A stretch of DNA of 64,000 nt, taken from Eledone cirrhosa (taxonomy: Eukaryota). The translations under genes and the position numbers were made by a program. The stretch spans positions 252,836,001 through 252,900,000 of the forward strand of contig OZ024743.1 of NCBI GenBank assembly GCA_964016885.1, given 5' to 3'. The notes beneath the pieces are model-generated. The model saw only the letters and a list, made by a program, of their open reading frames with translations, did not search any database and was not told the origin of the DNA. Shown piece after piece: positions 50,527 through 64,000 of this stretch. Numbering within the stretch: the stretch's first letter is position 1; each line of letters opens with the position of its first letter.

Positions 50527-52683
50527 TCTTCTCTGAAAGAAAATACCTGTATTCAGACCTGGAGAAGGATGGACTCCACCAAGCTTAAAATTTGCAAGAT
50601 ATGCCATATGTTATGATGGTGACTCTAAGTCTCCCTCAGTAATTATGTGTTCATACATACATAACAGTTCTGCTGATTCATATAGAAACAGCATTCAGTC
50701 ATAAGATTCAGTAATATCAAAACTTTCACTCTCAAGTTTAAATCATTTGAAGTAATCCAAACCAAATTAGTAAGGTACTGGCTTTTCAACGAATCAGTGA
50801 AGCAAAAGAACAATTTAGTTGCCTAAAAGTATGTATTTCAAGATTGTGTAATCATAGCACTGCTATCGCTACTGCTGTCACTGCTGCATTATTATTGAAG
50901 AGGAGGATGAGAAAGAGGAAGAGGAGTAGGAGCTAGTATGACATAAGTGCACAGTAAAACCAATAAGTTGAAGAAAGAGTTCAAAATGTCTAGCTGTGAA
51001 AGATGTGTACAGAATGTCTAACCTTATCTGATCTTTGCAATTTACAGAACAGAATCTAACATTACCACACTGTGTGTGTCAATAGTTGAAAGAAATATAA
51101 ATCTGATCATAATTACAGGATTTAATTGGGTGGCTGATGAGAGCAGGGATAAAACTAAAGATAGTTTTATGTGATTTTGTTGTTAATTTCTCTGATATCA
51201 ATCAATTCCTACTCCGTCTATATTTTCACATCCATGAATGCTGTCAATTAATTTTTCACTGTGGTCCAAGTTATAAATATTTTTACTGTTTTAGTTTCAT
51301 CTTATTTTCAAATGTTTGCGAGAGATTAATATTTAGTTTACATCAATCAAACAGCAATGAAAACACGTTCTGTGAAGATATTACAAAATCTGATCAGCTA
51401 ACTGAAAGCATATAATTTATTGACTCATATTATTCGCATTTACCATTCCTCTCTCTCTTTCTCTCTTTCTCTTACTTGTTCTTTCTCTCTCTTACTCTCA
51501 TTGTCTATGTCCTCCTCTCTTTCTAACTGTTTCTCTATCAATCTCATACCATTCCTCTCAATATTTCTTTCTCTCTCACTGTTTCTGTCTCTTCCACTGA
51601 TTGCTTATCTTAATTTCTCCTCCCGTTTTAATCCTTATCTCTCTCATGTTATTCATTTATCTCTCTCTCTCTCTCTCGTTCCCTATCCCCATCTCCATCT
51701 TACTCATTATTTCTTTCTTCCTCATCGGTAGGTTTTATTTTCAATAAATAAACTTTCACTTCCAACTTTCCTGGATATTTAATAGCATTGGAATTTCTTT
51801 CTCTTTTCCCCTTTCTCATGTGTTGATAGAAGAGGGATATATAAATGCAAGGCTTTTAATACAACAACAACAACAACTAGATGCCCTTTCAATCTGCAAC
51901 TTTGGTTTTTATTGAATGTACACTGTCTTCCATTTAACACCAGTTTATGGAACACAAAACATACCAGACACATTTCTTTATGCCAGTGGAGCATAAAGTT
52001 GTAGATGCTTACAATCTCTCACTAATAATCAGAATGGATTCTTATGTGGTAACGATAATTAATGGCTTTGCTCTAAAGTCACATAATTTGGTCATTGGAT
52101 GGTATATAGAATTTTCAGCAAATTAGGTATAACCATATGTGTATATATATATATATATACATATACAAAGAGAGAGAGTTACTTACATACACATAGACAT
52201 GAGCTTACATTTGTGAACATATATGTAGCCATATGCATGTACAAAGGTGTGCAGTCATGTTTATCGTTTGTGCATATGTTAGTATGTTCATATACTTTGT
52301 GAAGTTTTGTGGCTTAGTGTTTAGTGTGTTGGACTCAGAATCGTGTGTTTGATTCTCAGGGCAGGTAGTATGTTGTGTCCCTGAGCATAACACTTTATTT
52401 CACATTGTTCCACTCTATTCAGCTGGCAAAAAAATGAGATAGAGCTGTATTCAAGGGGTCAACCTTGAAACATATTGTGTTATGCTAAATTTCCTCCAAA
52501 GAATAATGTGAAGAGTACACATGTCTGTGAAATGCTCAGCCACATACATTATAATGCAAGATGAAGGTACTCATAATTCAAAGGACCAGCGTTATTTCTT
52601 TTTTTATTATTAGAAATATGGTAATGAATGTTTTGAATTGTTTACCTAAAAAATCTTCCAGCATTATTTTATGTTGTGGATTT

Positions 52684-52868
52684 AGGCGGTGGATTGGCAG
52701 TATCAGTAGAGGGTCAGATGACATGCTTTGATGATAGAGTTATGGCCCTTGCCATTCAAATCCTGCCGAGGTTAACTTTGCCTTTCATCCTTACGGGATC
52801 GATAAAATAAAGTACCAGTAATGCACTGGTTAATTGTGGCCTTGTGCCAAAAGTAGAAACAATTATTT
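52684..52868 (+). mobile_element. Nin/Deu-domain-type SINE
   Basis: Same family as 41198-41390. Confidence 0.8.
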
Positions 52869-53684
52869 TATGTTGTTTCAAAAACCATTCTAATGAGAAG
52901 GACAGCTCCATTACTAAATCACTCCAAATTCATGATTATTTGCAAAATCATTTAAAAGCACTTGGAAATATCTTTCATTGTAAATATGGTAATTAAATGG
53001 CTAACATACTCAAAAATATCCTTAAAATAATTTTCAGGAGATGGCTCTGTGATTAACATTTAAGGGAAATGTTTCAAGCCGAGATCTTAACATTCTTATT
53101 AAGTCTTCACAGAACCTAGAGATTTTATAGAATATGTAAAGATATTTGTAATGCTCTAGTCTGGTCTCAGTCCAAGGACTGAAACCAGTGGAAGAATAAA
53201 TGACTAATCTAGCATTTTTAATTGGTAAACATAATTCTAAATGTCAAAATATCACTTACATTTCTACTAGTCTTTTGTTTTTATCTTGAAATAGCATTTT
53301 ACTGGCGGCATTCATTTCTTTCTTCTTCCCCCTCTCTCTCTTCTCCTGAAGTCTGATGCCATTAGTGTCAGAGACTGGTTAGTCACTGTCAAAATGTCTT
53401 TGATGACAGAGCCAATGGATCTGGAAGACTTGAGACTAAAACAATAACAGCAACAATATAGCTATTGCTTCATTTATCATCATTACCATTTAATATATAT
53501 TTGTCCACATATGCATGGGTTAGATGAGTTAACACGTTATGAGGTTAGACAATTGGGGTGCAAACATTTTGATCATACAACTGTTTTTCACTTAGAATCC
53601 TACAACTTGATGCCCTTACTAATGCCAATGACATTTCAATGTGACCACCTGACAGGGTATGGTGGGTGCTTTTTCTCATATATA

Positions 53685-53732
<48 letters not shown>

Positions 53733-53734
53733 CA

Positions 53735-54095
53735 TCATCACCGTTTTACGTGCATTCTTCCACGCTAGCATGGGTTAGATGGGTTGTCCTGTTGTGGGTA
53801 GTGTCCAGTCGGCTGACCTTGTCTTGCTCATACGGGAACTGATTTTGGCTTGATTTCTACAGCTGGATGCCCTTCCTAACACCAATCTCATTTACAGTGA
53901 GTGCTGGGTGCTTTGTTGCTGTGGCACCTCCACGACCAGTTTGCAGTGGATTGATATGGACCTATCATCTCATTTCCACAGCTGAGTAAACTGGAGCAAT
54001 GTGAAATAAAGTGTCTTGCTCAAGGAAACAACACATCACCCGGTCCGAGAATTGAACTCACAACCTTTCGATTGCAAGCCCAATGCCCTGTGCCT
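53735..54095 (-). mobile_element. tRNA-headed SINE with RTE-type tail
   Basis: Matches 27443-27785. Confidence 0.8.
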
Positions 54096-54166
54096 TCACA
54101 CACACACACATATATATACATATATACACATATATATATATACATATATATACACATATACATATA

Positions 54167-54220
<54 letters not shown>

Positions 54221-54225
<5 letters not shown>

Positions 54226-54536
54226 CATTATAAAGAAAGAAGAAACATTAGATATAATTAATAAGATATACCATACCCAAATTCCTTCAATACGTAGTTT
54301 CGTGGCATATTATGCAAAAACACTACATCGCAGAGATACAGTATTTTTGTGAGGTTTGCCGACTTATCAAGAGGATCCCTCATTTAGAGTTTCAAAACAC
54401 ATCTGTAGGACGCGAGATAAAATCCCGAAAGGCAGAGCGGGAGTCAATCACGTGATGCAGCAGTCAAGAAACAGAGCTAAGTATGGTATATCTTATTAAT
54501 TATATCTAATGTTTCTTCTTTCTTTATAATGTATTA
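54221..54536. repeat. Inverted repeat with 56-bp perfect arms and a 204-nt CpG-richer spacer; Penelope-like
   Basis: 54221-54276 is the reverse complement of 54481-54536. Confidence 0.85.
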
Positions 54537-54696
54537 TATAGCTCTGATACTGAATCAATCTAATCCATTTGGATTATTTTGTCCCAGTTATACATAGATC
54601 AACAACGGTTGAGGTTGGCACCACAAATTCAAGGATATATGTGGATATATTCATGTATATGTATGTGTTCGCATGTATCTGTGTATTTCTTTATAT

Positions 54697-54748
<52 letters not shown>

Positions 54749-54751
<3 letters not shown>

Positions 54752-55633
54752 GGTGCGGACGATATTTGTTCGCAATTTTCAACTGCTAATTTTATGCCAA
54801 CTTTTTTTACTTCCATTGTCACTCTTGTCTTCATAAAAACAGTGACTATATTTCCATTATTTATTTTCAGAATAATAATTGATTATGAATAATTTTGAAC
54901 CTCCAAATTTGTAGAAGAGACACGGAATTCTTCTTGGAATCCACGCCGGGAGGACAAATAAGACCAGAAGATCAACTCCCGGAATAACAGGTGGCTCGCT
55001 GTCTCATCCAAAGACATGCCCAGAGTCATGCAGACAAAGTTTCCAGCGACAACATTGGTATTAGGTGTCGTCAGCAGTCAAGGTGACGTGATGCCACCTC
55101 ACTTCTTCCCTGAGGGCCTCGAGCTGAACACCGATGGCTACATCCGTGTTCTGAGCGAGGTAGTAAAGCCCTGGATAGACCAGGTAGCTGCAGGTAGGCC
55201 ATACGTGTGGCAGCAAGACTCAGCGCCCTGCCATACCAGCCGAAAGACCCAAGCCTGGCTGTCAGAGAACTTTGTCGACCACACTTCACCTGACATCTGG
55301 CCTCCCAGCTCGCCTGACTGCAACCGCCTCGACATCTTTGTGTGGGGCACAGTGGAACGAGACACCAACAGATCTAGCTGCAATACAAAAGACGACCTGA
55401 AGGCCAGGATCACAAGTGCCTAAATCGGGGGACAGTGACGAAGGCCTGTAGCCGGTTCCGAGGCCGCCTTGAGGCCTTCATCAAAGCTAATGGCGGGTTT
55501 ATCAAGTGAGATCGAAAGAACTAGTCATGAAGACAAATTGACCCAAGTTTGATAAATAAATCTTAAAAAATAAAACTACTCTGTTATTTTTTCCTAGACA
55601 GTAATCTTGCGAACAGATATCGTCCTCACCCTG
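54749..55633 (+). mobile_element. Internally deleted Tc1/mariner-superfamily transposon, DD37D (maT) family
   Basis: 27-bp TIRs CAGGGTG(C/A)GGACGATAT(T/C)TGTTCGCAA with TA flanks, inserted in (TA)n. Confidence 0.92.
54962..55423 (+). pseudogene. Truncated DD37D transposase (C-terminal catalytic part)
   Basis: WQQDSAPCH...WPPSSPDCNRLD has 37 residues between the second and third Asp. The first Asp and the DNA-binding domain are missing. Confidence 0.88.
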
Positions 55634-55650
55634 TATATATATATACACAT

Positions 55651-55931
55651 GGAGGCACATGGCTAAGTGGTTAACGCATTGGGATTGCAATCGAAAGGTT
55701 GTGAGTTCAATTCTCAGATCGAGTGATGTGTTGTTTCTTTGGGCAAGGCACTTTATTTCACATTGATCCAGTTTACTCAGCTGTAGAAATGAGAGGATAG
55801 GGACTGGGGTCCCTATCATTCCACTGTAAAGTGGACGTGTAGGGGCCACGGACAAAAAAGCACCCAACACTCACTGTAAATGAGGTTGGTGTTAGGAAGG
55901 GCATCCAGCTGTAGAAATCAAGCCAGATGAT
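55651..55931 (+). mobile_element. tRNA-headed SINE with RTE-type tail
   Basis: A box TGGCTAAGTGG, B box GAGTTCAATTC and tail GTTGGTGTTAGGAAGGGCATCCAGCTGTAGAAA. Confidence 0.85.
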
Positions 55932-56022
55932 ACAGATATACATATATATACATATATATATACATATATATATACATATATATATATATAATATATATAT
56001 ACACACATATATACATATATAT

Positions 56023-56053
<31 letters not shown>

Positions 56054-56335
56054 ATATTTTGTGTATATGTTGATATTGTATGTCAAATAAGAAATAAGAG
56101 AGGAAATAGATTGTTGGCAATACATTATCACTTCCTTGTAGAAATAATGCAGAAGGAAGTTGAGGAATTGAAAGGATATTTGATAAATTATTAAATAAGT
56201 CTTTATCTGTGTCTCTATCTCCTCTTTGATTTCTAGATTCTTCTACCAAATTCAAAGCACACACTTGCTCATTCACTGCTGCTGCTGCTACTACTACTAT
56301 TACTACTGCTGCTTCACATATTTATATATATATAT

Positions 56336-57035
56336 ATACAAATTTAAGCACAGCATCAACAAAGCTTTTGGTGGCAGCCAAGCTAATGAATGCAGTTTCG
56401 GTGTACAGCTAAGCACTCAATAATGAATATTACCCTAGAGTTATAACATTATGTTTAGACAGCTTTGCAAATCAAATACAGCGACCATAACGACGAAGAA
56501 AACCGAACTCAGGAACATTTTTTATCTGACCTGGACCATCGCGTTAATATGATAGACTACACATAATATATACCATACAATATACATCACATAATATATA
56601 TAACATCTCCGCTAGGTTTCTGTAAATCCGAAATCGACAAAATCCACTTGCAGGGGTCTGCAAGTTAATGGTTTTTGACGACAGATCAAAGGAGTTAACT
56701 TTATCAACAAGTTTTTCGTTCTGGACCTCGCGGGTGTGCGTTCTTGCAGTAAACACCGCTAAAAGACACATGGTTTTCCCAAAGGGAGGTAAACCCCGGC
56801 TTTGGCGGTCAATTCGAAATTTGGAACAAAGGAATATAATTCCCTTACACAAACCAAATTAAGCACTCAACTAGAAATTTTCAAACAAACATAAACAATT
56901 ATTCAATCAATAGAATTGTCTAATTAAATTAATCAATTAATCGTTAATTCTAGGAGTTAATAATACAAATTTAAGCACAGCATCAACGAAGCTTTTGGTT
57001 GCAGCCAAGATAACGAATGCAGTTTCGGTGTGCAG

Positions 57036-57036
<1 letters not shown>
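56336..57036 (-). mobile_element. Penelope-like relic: GIY-YIG C-terminal coding remnant between two ~75-bp direct repeats
   Basis: 56336-56410 is similar to 56963-57036. The minus strand reads AKAGVYLP..CLLQE..KNLLIKLTPLICRQK across frameshifts. Confidence 0.55.
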
Positions 57037-57132
<96 letters not shown>

Positions 57133-57215
57133 ATAATAATAAATTTGAAGACTAAAATCCAAAGAGGGCTCGATAAGGATAAATATATATCAAATATATA
57201 AGAACCGTAGAGCAA

Positions 57216-57318
57216 ATATTTATTAAAATAACAGATTAAAGTTTACGCAAAGAATCGCTGCTTTCCCGTTAAGGGTGAAAGTAGCGATTCTTTGCTTAAA
57301 CTTTAATCTGTTATTTTA

Positions 57319-57377
<59 letters not shown>

Positions 57378-57567
57378 AATGTGTATCCTGGGTTCAATCA
57401 GGGGTAACCACAGAAGGTAAGGTACTCAATACATAGCAGAGTATAAATATTTAATATAGAAATGGCTTCTACAGGACTAGAACTATTTCACTCATCAGGA
57501 AAGCCCTGGTGATTTCCTTCAAATGAAACAGTTCTGTTCCTGTAGAAACCATTTCTATATTAAACAT

Positions 57568-57624
<57 letters not shown>

Positions 57625-57781
57625 TAACAGATTAAAGTTTAAGCAAAGAATCGCTGCTTTCACCCTTAAAAATCACAAGCCAAAAAAGCCACAAGCTAAA
57701 AAAAACAGGCAAAAAATTATAAGCTTATAATTTTTAGCCTGTTTTTTTAGCTTGTATATTTTTTTTGCTTGTGATTTTTTA
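57216..57781. repeat. Three adjacent long hairpins separated by (TA)n
   Basis: Hairpins at 57216-57326, 57450-57564 and 57667-57781. The arm of the first is repeated at 57618-57669. Confidence 0.85.
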
Positions 57782-58169
57782 CTTATACCTATTACACTTT
57801 CAACCAGTGCTGCCTGTAATTGTGTTCTTTCAAGCAGAACATTTTTTTAACTCCTGACTCTCCCCATGATGCCTTTGACACTAATAACAATTATGTACCA
57901 TAAATGTTCTAAATGACTGGGATTTTAGTTACATGTTTCGACATTCCTTATGCTCTGATGATATCAGACTTCCCTCTGGAAGAAACAATTGTCAGCTAAT
58001 AAATTTTCTGAACTAAAATTTGATCGTTTTAACACTTTGTATCTCGGCTCTGTAAAACACTTGAAAATAGGCATTGAGCCTTTGTCCTACCGGTAAACGG
58101 ATAGTACTTAGTACTACCCTACATATTTATAGTTATATCAAACATATATAAATATAAATATTACTCTTA

Positions 58170-58200
<31 letters not shown>

Positions 58201-58354
58201 GGAAAAAGTAAGACCCCGACGGCAGAGCTCAAGCCGTTTTGACGGCTATTTCTAGAATAAATTATAATTTTTTCCTATTTCCCACTCTACTACCCTAAGT
58301 ATTGAGTACTCTTGTGCGTTATGGTCCATCTGGTTCTTTACCACAATTCCTTTG

Positions 58355-58394
<40 letters not shown>

Positions 58395-58401
<7 letters not shown>

Positions 58402-58730
58402 TATGTATACGTACAGTAGTATGTATATATATATATACATACATTCACACATATATATATGTACGTATGGATTTACCGAACATTTATTATAATGTTCGGT
58501 TTGTTTGTAAACAAACATCCCGAATTAAGCCGTACAGTGTTTAGCAACCATCGTTGTCCGTTTGTTCAACACTGGCAAAGGAACGATGTACTAGTTTCAA
58601 GCTCATTAGGTATCGTCAGTACCGTATACCTTTCTGCCAGATGATTGAACGTCTGAAAGTATATACTTTTGTTATGCATATTAAGTAACAGCCGTACTGA
58701 GAGTGAGAAATGAAATTTCGTTTCATTTTA
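58395..58730. mobile_element. Ribozyme-bearing repeat, copy 2 (internal block inverted relative to 545-945)
   Basis: 58565-58684 is approximately the reverse complement of 821-940. The flanking blocks are in direct orientation. Confidence 0.7.
58583..58625 (-). ncRNA. Minimal type I hammerhead motif
   Basis: Minus strand: ACGGTA-CTGACGA-TACCTAATGAGCTT-GAAA-CTAG-TA-CATCGT, with a GUA triplet. Confidence 0.65.
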
Positions 58731-58732
58731 TC

Positions 58733-58808
<76 letters not shown>

Positions 58809-59169
58809 AACATTTTTGCATTACGTCTCGTTTGTTTCAGAATTGATAATTATCAGGATACTTATCAATTGATTGTTCTGCAAAGACACTGGAAATAATT
58901 TAATGTTTTCAACTTGAAGTATAATAGAATAAAGCAGTATAGTTTATATGAAAGCTTGTGAAATGTGTGATGCTTTGTACAAATGTAGTGATTCAGTCAT
59001 TGGAAAGATAATCAGCAAACTACACAAATGTATCAAAAATACATCTACATAAGTGCTTTCTCCCCTCGAATTGTTAGAAATAACAATTATTATCTTCATC
59101 ATCCTTATCATCGTTATCTTCATAAACCTTATTATCATTAACAGTATTCCTGTTATCATGCTTAATGAG

Positions 59170-60830
59170 TAAGATGGTGGATTGGTAAAGTCATTAGAGC
59201 ATTAGACATATTCTTAGCAGTATTTGTTTCTGTTCTTTATGTTCTGATTTCAAACCCCAACAAGGTTAACAAAGTCTTTTTTATCTTTACAGGATCATTA
59301 AAACAAAGTATCTGTACTGGGTGTGATTTAATCAGCATTCCTTTCCTCCAAATTTTCTGACATTGTACCTAAACTAGAAATCATTATTCGGTGGATTGGC
59401 AGTATCGGTAGAGGGTCGGACGCCATGCTTTCCAGCATAGTTACGTCCCTTTACGGTCTGAGTTCAAATCCCACTGAGGTTGACTTTGCCTTTCATCCTT
59501 ACGGGGTCGATAAAATAAAGTACCAGTAATGCACTGGGTATTTTCTGGCCTTGTGCCAAAAGTAGAAACAATTATTATTATCATTATTAGGGCAGTGGAT
59601 TGGTAATATCGATAGAGCATCAAATACCACACCTTTACATTCTAAGTTCAAATCCTTCTATGGTTATCTTAACCTTTCATCCTGATTGGGTTGATAAAAT
59701 AAGCACCAGTAATGCACTGGGGTCAATTTAATTGACTTTCCCCTCCCCCAAAATTGTTGGCCTTGTGCCTAAATCAGAAAACATTATTATCATCATCATC
59801 ATCATCATCATCATCGATAGTATTATGCTTATGGGTGAATTTTTAGTGAGCGCTGGGAAGTATATAATAGATGGTTTGTGAGCAGAGATATTAAGTGCTC
59901 AGGCTCAACAAATGGTTTCCCATCCATGTGGATAACCTTAAATGTTTTCTATTATTACATCTTGTGTTATTTTATGATTTATAACAATCTTGTCTTTCAA
60001 CTTTTCAGGGATCAGGTGTTGGCAGAATTATTAATAAGTTCGTATCTGATCTGGCATTGTACATCCTGAGTTTAAGCACACCCATCTTTTTTCAGATGTT
60101 GTGACAAGCAAATAATTGTTTCTACTTTTGGCACAAGGCCAACAATTATCCCAGCACAGTACTGGTATTTTATTTTATCAACCACGTCAGAATCAAAGTC
60201 AAAGTTAACCTTGGCGGGATTTGAACTCAGCAAATAATACCAGCAAAAACATTGTTTCTTTGGTCTGTTCTGACAATCAACTCCTTTCATTTTTGAAACA
60301 ATAATCTAATACTTGTATCATGCTTTCTAAAAATTTCTCTGTCTATTCTATTCTAACATCTTTTCCCCTACCAGCTTTATATAACTTTGTTTGTCCAACC
60401 CCACATGTATTGTAACTACTGTCTATGTCTATAATGCTTACTGTTTTATATGTGCAAACTTTTGTGGCTAAAAATGAAATCATTATTATCACCATACCAG
60501 TAGAGGGTCGGACACCATGCTTTGACGCATAGAGTTACGGCCCTTTCCATTCTGAGTTCAAATCCCGCCGAGGTTACATTTGCCTTTCATCATTACGGAG
60601 TCGATAAAAGAAAGTACCAGTAATATACTTGTTAGAGCATCCAAAGAAATGTCTTACTACATTTAGTTATGGCCCTTTACGTTCTGAGTTAAAATTCCAC
60701 TGAGGTTAGCTTTGCTTTTCATCTTTTCAGGATCGAGAAAATACAGCACCAGTAATGCACTGGGGTCGATTTAATCGATTTTCCTCCCCCCAAATTGCTG
60801 GCTTTGAGCCTATAGTAGAAATCATTATCA
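59170..60830. mobile_element. Dense cluster of Nin/Deu-domain-type SINEs
   Basis: Plus-strand copies at about 59170-59388, 59389-59580, 59590-59790, 60495-60625 and 60630-60830, and a minus-strand copy at about 60113-60230. Confidence 0.8.
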
Positions 60831-61559
60831 TCATCATCATTATCATCATCATCATAAATTAAATATAAATTTGAAATAAGCTAAGAAAAAAATATATTAA
60901 ACGTTTTTTTTTTAACGAAATACACAATTGTGTAAAAAGTAAATAAGTATACAGCTGAAATATCTCATGGGATCTCAACAGCCTTAACAGAAATTCCATC
61001 ACAACAGATATTGTGGTTTGCAATTCATTAAAGAAAGAAATTTAAAAATTTCAAACTGAAAATATTTCTCTAAGTTATTTTTAAAAATATACTTGAGGAA
61101 TAAAAAAAAGACATGAAATTAAAAATATAATACAGCCCTTTCTTTCTTCTATTTCCTTTGTTTGTTATTTTAGATTGTTTTTCTTTTTAATTTCTAGTTC
61201 TTTCTAATTCACAATATATTTCATACACTTGTGTGCTAATGTACATTTACACATGTGCACATGCATTAATTAGCATACTGTTGCAAACCATTTATCTATG
61301 CAAAACATCAGTTCACACATGCTACACACACATTCACACTCACACACACAATATATATATGTGTGTGTGTGCGTGTGTGTGTGTGTGTGTGCATGTGTGT
61401 ATGTATGCATATATATGTGTGTGTGTGTGTTTGTTTATATATATATAGTTTAGTGTAATTTAGTAGAGAATAGCAAAAATTGATACCACCATACATACCT
61501 ATAGATAGATTTACTACACTAACTATGCTGTCAGTAGAAATTAGATTAATCAACATTAT

Positions 61560-62030
61560 CCTCATCATGATGTTACATATAATCAATGATGTTACATGTA
61601 ATCTTGGATAATGATTGGAAGAATATATTTGCGAATACAAGCATCCAAAATGGGGATCCTCTGAACGGTCTTTGGAGTAACGTTACTCAATAAAGTACAT
61701 AACTTGGGGATCAGAGTCACTCCAGGTAGTACCACTAGTTCTCCAAATTGAGAGATCATAACTCTGATATTACAGATATGAGGTTAGAATGTTTCAGGAA
61801 AGAATTGTTGGACATATTTTACAGGCAAAACAAAACCATCAGGAAGGAGGCACAAATGTAGAACCTGAGCAAGATGGTTGAATGACATCTATGAGTCTGA
61901 CTAGTCTTGCTTGGGGATCCAGCCAGATTAATTGAGAATGGCTGCATCTGACAGGATTTGCTGGAAGATATGTTTGAGGAGTGTACCCCCACAACTTTCC
62001 CAGGAATAAGTGAGTGAAGAAGAAGGAGGA
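61560..62030 (+). mobile_element. Old Rex3/Expander-like RTE 3' end
   Basis: WIMIGRIYLRIQASKMGIL..FGVTLL..VRMFQERIVGHILQAK relics, followed by a (GAA/GGA)n tail. Confidence 0.65.
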
Positions 62031-62859
62031 GGAGGGTAAGTTATTCAGCTGGTTTTCTTAACATAACTTAATGGTTCTTATATGAAATTATGGTGGAAAG
62101 ATTTTAGATGTATGTAAACACTTTAAAATATAGAGCCTGATATCCTAGGGCTGGTTTCAGATAGTTTGGTATTAAAGTCTTAATGGCATTTTACCTGTTG
62201 AAGTAAGGACGAGCATTGTGTTTCCCATGATAGATTTCATATTGGTCATGGGGATTTGTATGAGTCAATGCTTTATAGTCAGATACCTTTCCTGGTGTCA
62301 AACATTTTAGTCACCTCTTACAAAATGCAGGGATACAGTGTATTACACATATATATATATATAAAAATTAGAATTGGCGCTCTGAAATAGCTATATATAT
62401 ATGAATGTATATATAGTGTATTTTGCAATACACTGTATGCTTCATTAAAAGCATTTCGAAGACCTTATGCTATTGTTTTAGAGTAGTGACAGACTTAGTA
62501 TTGGTGATCTACATGATAAACACACCCAGTACATGCTGTAAAGTGATTGGTGATAGGAAGGGCATCCATCCTTATGAGGTTCATTGAACAAAAGGTTTGG
62601 AAGACACTTCAGTCATGTGAAGGAAATGACAGCCTCCGCTGTGCATATGATAGAATGTCAGACTATATGTAAGTAAGATGCAAACTCTGAGCCTGCTTGG
62701 TAGGTCAGTAGCCCTACTTTAGTACTGACTTGTAAGCCCATACAACACTTGCAAGCAGGGAAAGTGGGCCTTAAACAATGACCATGAAGATATATATGTG
62801 TGTGGATATATATATATATATTATGTCAGTTTGCTCTTCAGTGCTCCTGGTAGCATGTA

Positions 62860-63340
62860 ACCCAGTAAAACCTCTGCATGGTCAGGTCATTGGCGACTGC
62901 ACCAGCAACCTCACTGAACTTGCTTGGTGAGGAGAGTGATTTTGGATGCCCTGCAGGATGAAAAACAAAACCCGTGAAAGGGTGGAGTAACTCAGGAGAG
63001 TCAACAGCCAACCAATAATTTCTTTTTTTTTTTTTCACTACGAGAGACTCTTAGTCTTCAATAAGACATCTCTCTAGGAGAAGGTCACTCGGATATAAAA
63101 GCTGTGAGTCCGTCTGCATCCAATGATGTAGACTTGTTTTTTTTTTGTGCAAATGCATTCAATGTTCAGATAGTGGGATTGGCCCTGTCCAAAGCCTTTC
63201 CTCACTTAAAAAAGTTTCAAGCTCAGACATCGCTTGATATATGACATTTTTTGCGATGCATTGTATTGCTGGCAATAGGCAACTCCCTAGCAAGACTAAA
63301 AAGCCTCATCCTTGATGCTCGTGCTTAAGTATCAACCGAT
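62860..63340 (+). mobile_element. RTE-type 5'-UTR or non-autonomous relic
   Basis: Contains CTAGGAGAAGG..ACTC.GAT and a downstream block homologous to 34125-34295. Confidence 0.5.
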
Positions 63341-63872
63341 CGTATTACTCAAAATCGAGTTGCAGCCATCATGTATATATATATATATATACACACACAT
63401 ACAAATATATACACATATATATTTTTATATGTGTATGTGGTTTTGTATTTGAATAACCTGCTATTCTCCATTAAGATTACCATTCTTTTAGATCTATAAA
63501 TAAGTTGGCTTTACTACTTTTTACCTTACTGAAATTTCATATTCACTTAGATAATGTATTATCTCTTAGGGTCTTTCCTCATATTTCATTACTTGCAAAT
63601 TATTCTAAAGAAAATAGAAATTTCTTTTTAAATGTGTTCCCAAGATACAGAAGCTCATATTGGAATTTATTTAAAGTCGTTTCAGTGCCGACTGCAAAGA
63701 TTTGTCTGAACTTAATTACATTTACTGTTGTGCTTGGGTTGTTCGGTGGAGCATTTGGTTTACACACCACCATCGCGACTGAGCTGTGTATTTAAATATA
63801 TTCTCTGAGCAGAAAATATGTATTGTAGTTTAATTTATCATGTTTTCTTAATATTTGTGCAGCTTAGAGATA

Positions 63873-64000
63873 GCCATTGGTAGGCACAATTGGCTGTGAC
63901 AGACAAAAATTGGCAGTGACATACACAACTGGAAATTGCATGTACAATTGGTGTTGAAAGGCTAAATTGGCCATGGCAAGCACAATTGGCAGTGAAAGGT
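63873..64000. repeat. Degenerate ~20-bp tandem repeat with an AATTGG core; runs off the window end
   Basis: (C)AATTGG(C) recurs roughly every 20 bp. Confidence 0.65.

Noticed and set aside
55651-55725. tRNA gene
   Set aside because: A and B boxes and an anticodon-like loop are present, but the acceptor stem is poor and the sequence continues into a SINE body. The same holds for the heads at 27408, 27785 and about 54090.
57470-57545. Functional hammerhead in the middle hairpin
   Set aside because: Core-like words are present, but stem II is absent and stem I does not pair.

Overview
Eukaryotic, AT-rich, microsatellite-dense DNA made almost entirely of transposable elements and their relics. 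The repeat repertoire (RTE LINEs with (GAT)n tails, tRNA-headed SINEs, Nin/Deu-domain SINEs, Dong/R4, Penelope-like remnants) is most consistent with a mollusc, probably an octopus; this is an inference. I could not confidently identify any host protein-coding gene. Main contents: (i) a stack of Dong/R4 RLE retrotransposon pieces in a (TAA)n tract (8.4-12.6 kb); (ii) a near-intact RTE LINE (APE-RT-PHD finger, one premature TAA) that begins with an HDV-like ribozyme candidate and is preceded by a 2.4-kb higher-order array of 202-bp monomers (12.6-18.9 kb); (iii) five more RTE copies, two of them back-to-back; (iv) many Penelope-like fold-back remnants and four type I hammerhead ribozyme motifs, two with unusually large loop II that lie antisense to adjacent GIY-YIG-like coding relics; (v) a deleted DD37D/maT transposon, a CRE-clade relic, piggyBac-type MITEs and SINE clusters. 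All alignments and folds were done by eye, so boundaries of decayed elements are approximate.
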